From: an uncultured bacterium
GTDB taxonomy: Bacteria > Lernaellota > Lernaellaia > Lernaellales > Lernaellaceae
DNA length: 10,265 nt
Assembly (NCBI GenBank): GCA_964534375.1
Contig: CAZHPN010000203.1
Span: 1 to 10,265, forward strand
Direction: 5' to 3'
Shown here piece by piece: positions 6,912-10,265 of the stretch (its first letter is position 1; every line of letters starts with the position of its first letter). A model generated the notes under the pieces. The model was given only the letters and a program-made list of their open reading frames with translations, searched no databases and had not been told where the DNA came from. A program made the translations under genes and the position numbers.

Positions 6912-8096
6912 TCAAATTACTTTTTTCCCGTTTCTCGCAGCGATGAGCGCCCAACAGACAATCGCGCTGCAGACCGAGCTCCAACGCCCAAACCCCTTGT
7001 AGATTTGCGCGGCGAGGTAAGCCTGATCTTTGAGCGTCCCTTTCGCCTCAATTTGCGGATCGGATACGTTGCGCACCGCCACCCACGGCGGGCGGGACTC
7101 GTGCCGTTTCGCCTGAACCAAACCCAGGACGGCATCTCCCATTTCCGACAGGTGGCCTTTATTTTGCAGCTTGAAGTGGTCGTCCGAGGTGTCGAAACCG
7201 AAGAAATCCGTGGTCACCACGCCGTCGGGGGCGGAATGGCTGAGGGCGATCTTCGGCGGCCGGGTGTTGTCCTTGGGCAACCGGTCCGCGTTGGCGTTGA
7301 AGAGGCTCTGCGCTTTCGTGAAATATTTGGTGTCGATTTTCGCGCTTTGATAAGTGGCGTCGGCAAACGGCTCGCCCTTCAACCACTTGAGGCAGTCGAA
7401 GCATACGATGGGGCTGACCACGACGTCGCCGACCTCCCATTCCTTGCCGATGCCGCCCCCCGTGCCGGTCGTGATGACGAGGCTGGGGTTCACTTCATCG
7501 ATAATTTGCAGCCACATGTCCTCGTTCGGCAGCGTGGCATTCGGCCGCGGCGGCTCTTTTGTGTCCTGAGACAGATGCGACTCGGACTTGAAAACCACGA
7601 CTTTCGCCTCCCCTATTGTGGTGGTCCAATAGCTGCCGAGCCTCCCGGCTTTCAGCGCCGGGCACCCTTTGCGCATCTTCTTCGCGATCGCGGCGAATTT
7701 GTGCTTGTAGGGCACATAGTCGTTTCGCGAGTCTTTCCCTGGCGTCAGGACGCGACTCAGCGCGTGCCCTTCCTCCACCGTCCACGTCACGACGAGAACG
7801 TCCGCCTGGGGCAAAGCGCCGCCCTGCCCTTTGCGGGCTTTGGCGTCGGGTTTGGGCGCCAGATCCGCCGGCCACGGAATTTCCTCAAAACGCGACATGC
7901 CGGTGGCGGTCGTAAAGGCGAAAAAAGCTGCGCCTGCTGGGCCGTCGGAATCGAAGTCAATGATTTCGCGCTGATAATCCTCAACAGTGGCGGTCCCTTT
8001 CGCAACGGCCGCGGTGACAAAAGTGTTCGCCGGCGCCGGGACGGCAATGGGATCAAATCCGAGATTACGTTTAACCCACGCACGACCGGAAATCAT
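6912..8096 (-). CDS. Nucleoside phosphorylase/nucleosidase-fold protein (PNP_UDP_1 / MTA-SAH nucleosidase-like) with an N-terminal extension of about 95 aa
   Basis: Ordered motifs typical of the fold: ADVLVVTWTVEEGHAL, PSLVITTGTGGGIGKEWEVGDVVVS, VVTTDFF, SEMGDAVLGLV and WVAVRNVSD. Strong SD (GAGGAGGT, 8102-8109 on the - strand). No signal peptide visible. Confidence 0.75.
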   Translation of the reverse strand: MISGRAWVKRNLGFDPIAVPAPANTFVTAAVAKGTATVEDYQREIIDFDSDGPAGAAFFAFTTATGMSRFEEIPWPADLAPKPDAKARKGQGGALPQADVLVVTWTVEEGHALSRVLTPGKDSRNDYVPYKHKFAAIAKKMRKGCPALKAGRLGSYWTTTIGEAKVVVFKSESHLSQDTKEPPRPNATLPNEDMWLQIIDEVNPSLVITTGTGGGIGKEWEVGDVVVSPIVCFDCLKWLKGEPFADATYQSAKIDTKYFTKAQSLFNANADRLPKDNTRPPKIALSHSAPDGVVTTDFFGFDTSDDHFKLQNKGHLSEMGDAVLGLVQAKRHESRPPWVAVRNVSDPQIEAKGTLKDQAYLAAQIYKGFGRWSSVCSAIVCWALIAARNGKKVI

Positions 8097-8226
8097 GAGA
8101 CACCTCCTCGTTAATGGCTGGTTTTGGTCTGGTCACACCTCATAGAACGCATCAGTGACTCGGAAACTTGCCCACATGGCGAGGCGCCGCGCCCTTAATC
8201 GTTTTTCATCCATACGTTGTAATTGC

Positions 8227-8256
8227 AGTCTAATAAGAAGTGGCCGTTGTTGTCAA
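8227..8256 (-). promoter_or_regulatory. Candidate sigma70 promoter for the phosphorylase-fold gene
   Basis: On the - strand, a perfect TTGACA (8256-8251), an 18-nt spacer and TAGACT (8232-8227), within an AT-rich patch; this implies a leader of about 125 nt. Confidence 0.55.
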
Positions 8257-8280
8257 GTAACTTTAATGTTCTTTACCCGT

Positions 8281-8405
8281 GAAGGTTCGCCGTGACCAGG
8301 CAAAGACGGCTTCTCGGCGCGCTCCCAACCGCCGCGTTGAGGGCAAAGGCGACGAAGAAAATTGGCCCAAAGCCGCGGAACTGCACAAGGAAGTACGCGA
8401 AATAA
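8281..8405 (+). pseudogene. Degenerate, internally deleted copy of the 5' end of the downstream Sel1-repeat gene
   Basis: 8281-8339 matches 8651-8709 at 51/59 nt and 8340-8400 matches 8840-8900 at 49/61 nt. The intervening 130 nt are missing, causing a frameshift; the frame from GTG 8292 stops at TAA 8403-8405. Confidence 0.85.
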
Positions 8406-8419
8406 CCCCGGGCAGGTTT

Positions 8420-8479
8420 ATGTATCACGAAATGAAAAACGTGAAACATGAACCAACTTATGATTAATCCGTGAAACAT
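8420..8479. promoter_or_regulatory. Putative protein-binding site array (CGTGAAACAT boxes)
   Basis: CGTGAAACAT at 8440-8449 and 8470-8479, plus an inverted copy with one mismatch (ATGTATCACG) at 8420-8429, in an AT-rich block. Confidence 0.4.
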
Positions 8480-8661
8480 TACGGGGTGTTTATTCAGTTC
8501 TCGGCCGGGCGAAGCCCGGCCCTGGCGCCAAAGCGCGTCCCACCGATTGCCGCGACCTGCTGACCGCGTTCGCTGGACCCGGAACCGAATCTTGACGGCA
8601 AAAACCCGTCGGCGTAGTTATGAAAATCGCAACTGCCCTTCCCGACCGCTGGAGGTTCGCC

Positions 8662-10131
8662 GTGACCACGCGAGGACGGCTTCTCGCCGCGCTCCTGACC
8701 GCCGCGCTGTCGTTGTTGGTTTTGGGTTCCGCGCCGCCGGTGTCGCCGCCCGCCGGCGAGGACGCCGCAACGATCGCGGCACGCCTTTGCGACGGCGGCA
8801 ACGCGACCGGCTGCTTCAACCTCGGCGTCATGTTCGAAAAGGGCAACGGCGTCGAAGAGAACTGGCCCAAAGCCGCCGAACTCTACAAGAAGGCTTGCGA
8901 CGGCGGCAGCGCCGCCGGGTGCAAAAACCTCGGATGGTTGTACGAAATCGGCAAGGGCGTCCTCAAGGATCTGCCCAAGGCCGCCGAACTTTACAAGAAG
9001 GCTTGCGACGGCGGGTACGCCCACGGCTGCGCCAACCTCGGCGCCATGTACGAGACGGGGCGGGGAGTTTCGCAGGATGCCGCCAAGGCTGTCGAACTTT
9101 ACAAGAAAGGCTGCGACGGCGGCGGCCAGAGCGCGTGCTTCGGCCTCGCCCGTGCATACGAATTCGGTACGGGCGCGTCGAAGGACCTGTGCAAGGCCGC
9201 GGAGCTGTACCAGAAAGCGTGCGACGCAGGAGAGATGCCCGCGTGCATCAACCTCGGCGCGATGTACGGCAAGGGCGAAGGCGTCGCTAAAGACGCGGTC
9301 AAGGAGTTCGAACTGGAGGGAAAGGCTTGTGACCGCGGAATTCCTCTCGGATGCCTCTACGTCGCCGACATGTACGATAGCGGCGAGGGTGTTAAGCAGG
9401 ACTGGCCCAAGGCTGCGGAAATTTACAAAAAGATCTGCGACCTCGGCATCATGGAAGGCTGCTCCCGCTACGGAATGCTGAACTACAGAGGCGCCGGCGT
9501 GCCCCAGGATTCGGCCAAAGCCCTCGACTTTGTCGCGCGGGCCTGCGACGGCGGCTACGCCCACGGGTGCTTCGACCTCGGCCGACTTTACGCGTTCGGC
9601 GCGGCGGGCGCCAAGGATTTGGCCAAGGCTGCGGAAATGTACGAGAAGGCGTGCGACGGCGGGGAGGCCTGGGGCTGCTTCAGCCTCGCGTGGCTGTACG
9701 AAGACGGCAAAGGCGTCGCCAAAGACCGCAAGAAATCCTGGGAACTGTTCGCCAAGATTTGCAACGGCGAACCGGCCGGCGGGAACGCTGCCGTTTGCGC
9801 CGACTTCGGCAGCCGGCTTTTTCTGCGCGCCAAAAAAGCGAAAGGCGCCGAGGCGCTGCGTTTCTTCGCCGCCGCCCGCGAAAAGCTGCTGGCGGCGAAC
9901 AAAATGAAGCCGGGCGCGGGCACGTACAATCTCGCCTGCCTCGCCGCTTTGGAAGGCAAGGACGACGAATGCCGCAGTTGGTTGGAAGACGCGTTGCGCC
10001 ACAAAAAACTGCCTTCCGTCGAACACATGATGAAGGACAGCGATCTGGATTCGGTGCGCAACAAGGATTGGTTCAAGGAGTTTCTCGCGAAAGTGAAGGC
10101 GGGGCCGGCGACTAACAAGAAGACGCCCTGA
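8662..10131 (+). CDS. Exported cysteine-rich Sel1-like repeat protein (Hcp-type C-x7-C repeats) with a C-terminal TPR-like module
   Basis: Nine full 36-aa repeats (ACDGG..GC.NLG.MY..G.GV.KD..KAAELYKK) plus a partial tenth; C-terminal YNLAC...DSDLDSVR..DWF. GTG 8662 is preferred over ATG 8620 because GGAGG (8651-8655) precedes it and it gives a clean signal peptide, MTTRGRLLAALLTAALSLLVLGSA. Confidence 0.9.
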   Translation: MTTRGRLLAALLTAALSLLVLGSAPPVSPPAGEDAATIAARLCDGGNATGCFNLGVMFEKGNGVEENWPKAAELYKKACDGGSAAGCKNLGWLYEIGKGVLKDLPKAAELYKKACDGGYAHGCANLGAMYETGRGVSQDAAKAVELYKKGCDGGGQSACFGLARAYEFGTGASKDLCKAAELYQKACDAGEMPACINLGAMYGKGEGVAKDAVKEFELEGKACDRGIPLGCLYVADMYDSGEGVKQDWPKAAEIYKKICDLGIMEGCSRYGMLNYRGAGVPQDSAKALDFVARACDGGYAHGCFDLGRLYAFGAAGAKDLAKAAEMYEKACDGGEAWGCFSLAWLYEDGKGVAKDRKKSWELFAKICNGEPAGGNAAVCADFGSRLFLRAKKAKGAEALRFFAAAREKLLAANKMKPGAGTYNLACLAALEGKDDECRSWLEDALRHKKLPSVEHMMKDSDLDSVRNKDWFKEFLAKVKAGPATNKKTP

Positions 10132-10140
10132 TCGTCAGCC

Positions 10141-10238
10141 ATTCCCTATTCCCTACTCCCGAGTCCCGAGTCCCGAATCCCGAGTCCCGAGTCCCGAGTC
10201 CCGAGTCCCGAGTCCCGAGTCCCGAATCCCGAGTTCCG
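10141..10238. repeat. Heptamer tandem repeat, 14 units, consensus AGTCCCG
   Basis: ATTCCCT x2, ACTCCCG, AGTCCCG x2, AATCCCG, AGTCCCG x6, AATCCCG, AGTTCCG; starts 10 nt after the SLR gene stop. Confidence 0.92.
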
Positions 10239-10265
10239 CTAACGCCCGCCCGGCGTCCGCCGCTA

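Noticed and set aside
6912..8096. Futalosine hydrolase (MqnB) linked to the nearby aroC
   Set aside because: The fold fits, but the protein is much longer, lies on the opposite strand several kb away, and no other mqn genes are present.
7005..8114. 369-aa plus-strand ORF
   Set aside because: Antisense to the phosphorylase-fold gene, which has the SD, candidate promoter and family motifs.
8142..8194. Fluoride-riboswitch-like leader on the minus strand (GGCG...UCGCC...CUGAUG...CUA)
   Set aside because: The conserved GAUG after the 5' GGC is absent, the pseudoknot pairing is out of register, and the downstream gene is not a fluoride-response type. An Infernal/Rfam scan would settle it.
8279..8467. 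62-aa ORF as a real small protein
   Set aside because: It is a chimera of an out-of-frame relic segment, an in-frame SLR fragment and AT-rich non-coding DNA, with no SD.
8433..8478. Functional parS site
   Set aside because: Only half-sites are present; the best 16-mer (TGAAAAACGTGAAACA) has four mismatches in one arm.
8503..8521. Hairpin GGCCGGGC-GAA-GCCCGGCC as a terminator
   Set aside because: Strong stem but no U tract on either strand; no function can be assigned.
8592..8620. sigma70 promoter TTGACG-N17-TAGTTA for the SLR-TPR gene
   Set aside because: The -35 box and spacing are good, but the -10 box lacks the conserved final T; too weak to call.
8281..8900. Diversity-generating retroelement template/variable repeat pair
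   Set aside because: Only 9 of the 20 mismatches fall at adenines of the upstream copy, the match is to the 5' end of the gene and is split by a deletion, and no reverse transcriptase is in the window.
8494..10026. 510-aa minus-strand ORF
   Set aside because: Antisense mirror of the SLR gene; its periodicity derives from the sense-strand repeats.

Overview
GC-rich bacterial window with two parts. The left part (1-5211) is housekeeping: a translationally coupled shikimate-pathway operon (5'-truncated aroE-aroK fusion, aroA, aroC) followed by a long-chain acyl-CoA synthetase. The right part (5389-10238) looks accessory. It holds a probable lipoprotein with cysteine-rich Sel1-like repeats (SLR) that show an unusual 37-aa, four-Cys pattern, and a stand-alone, divergent purine/MTA nucleoside phosphorylase-fold protein with its own candidate sigma70 promoter. 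It also holds a second, divergently transcribed, exported Hcp-type SLR protein ending in a TPR-like module. Just upstream of that gene lies a degenerate, internally deleted copy of its own 5' end, then an AT-rich block with three parS-half-site-like boxes. Intergenic spaces contain REP-like palindromes, a terminator hairpin, and 7-mer and 9-mer tandem repeats. All family assignments are by eye from motifs; no database search was run.
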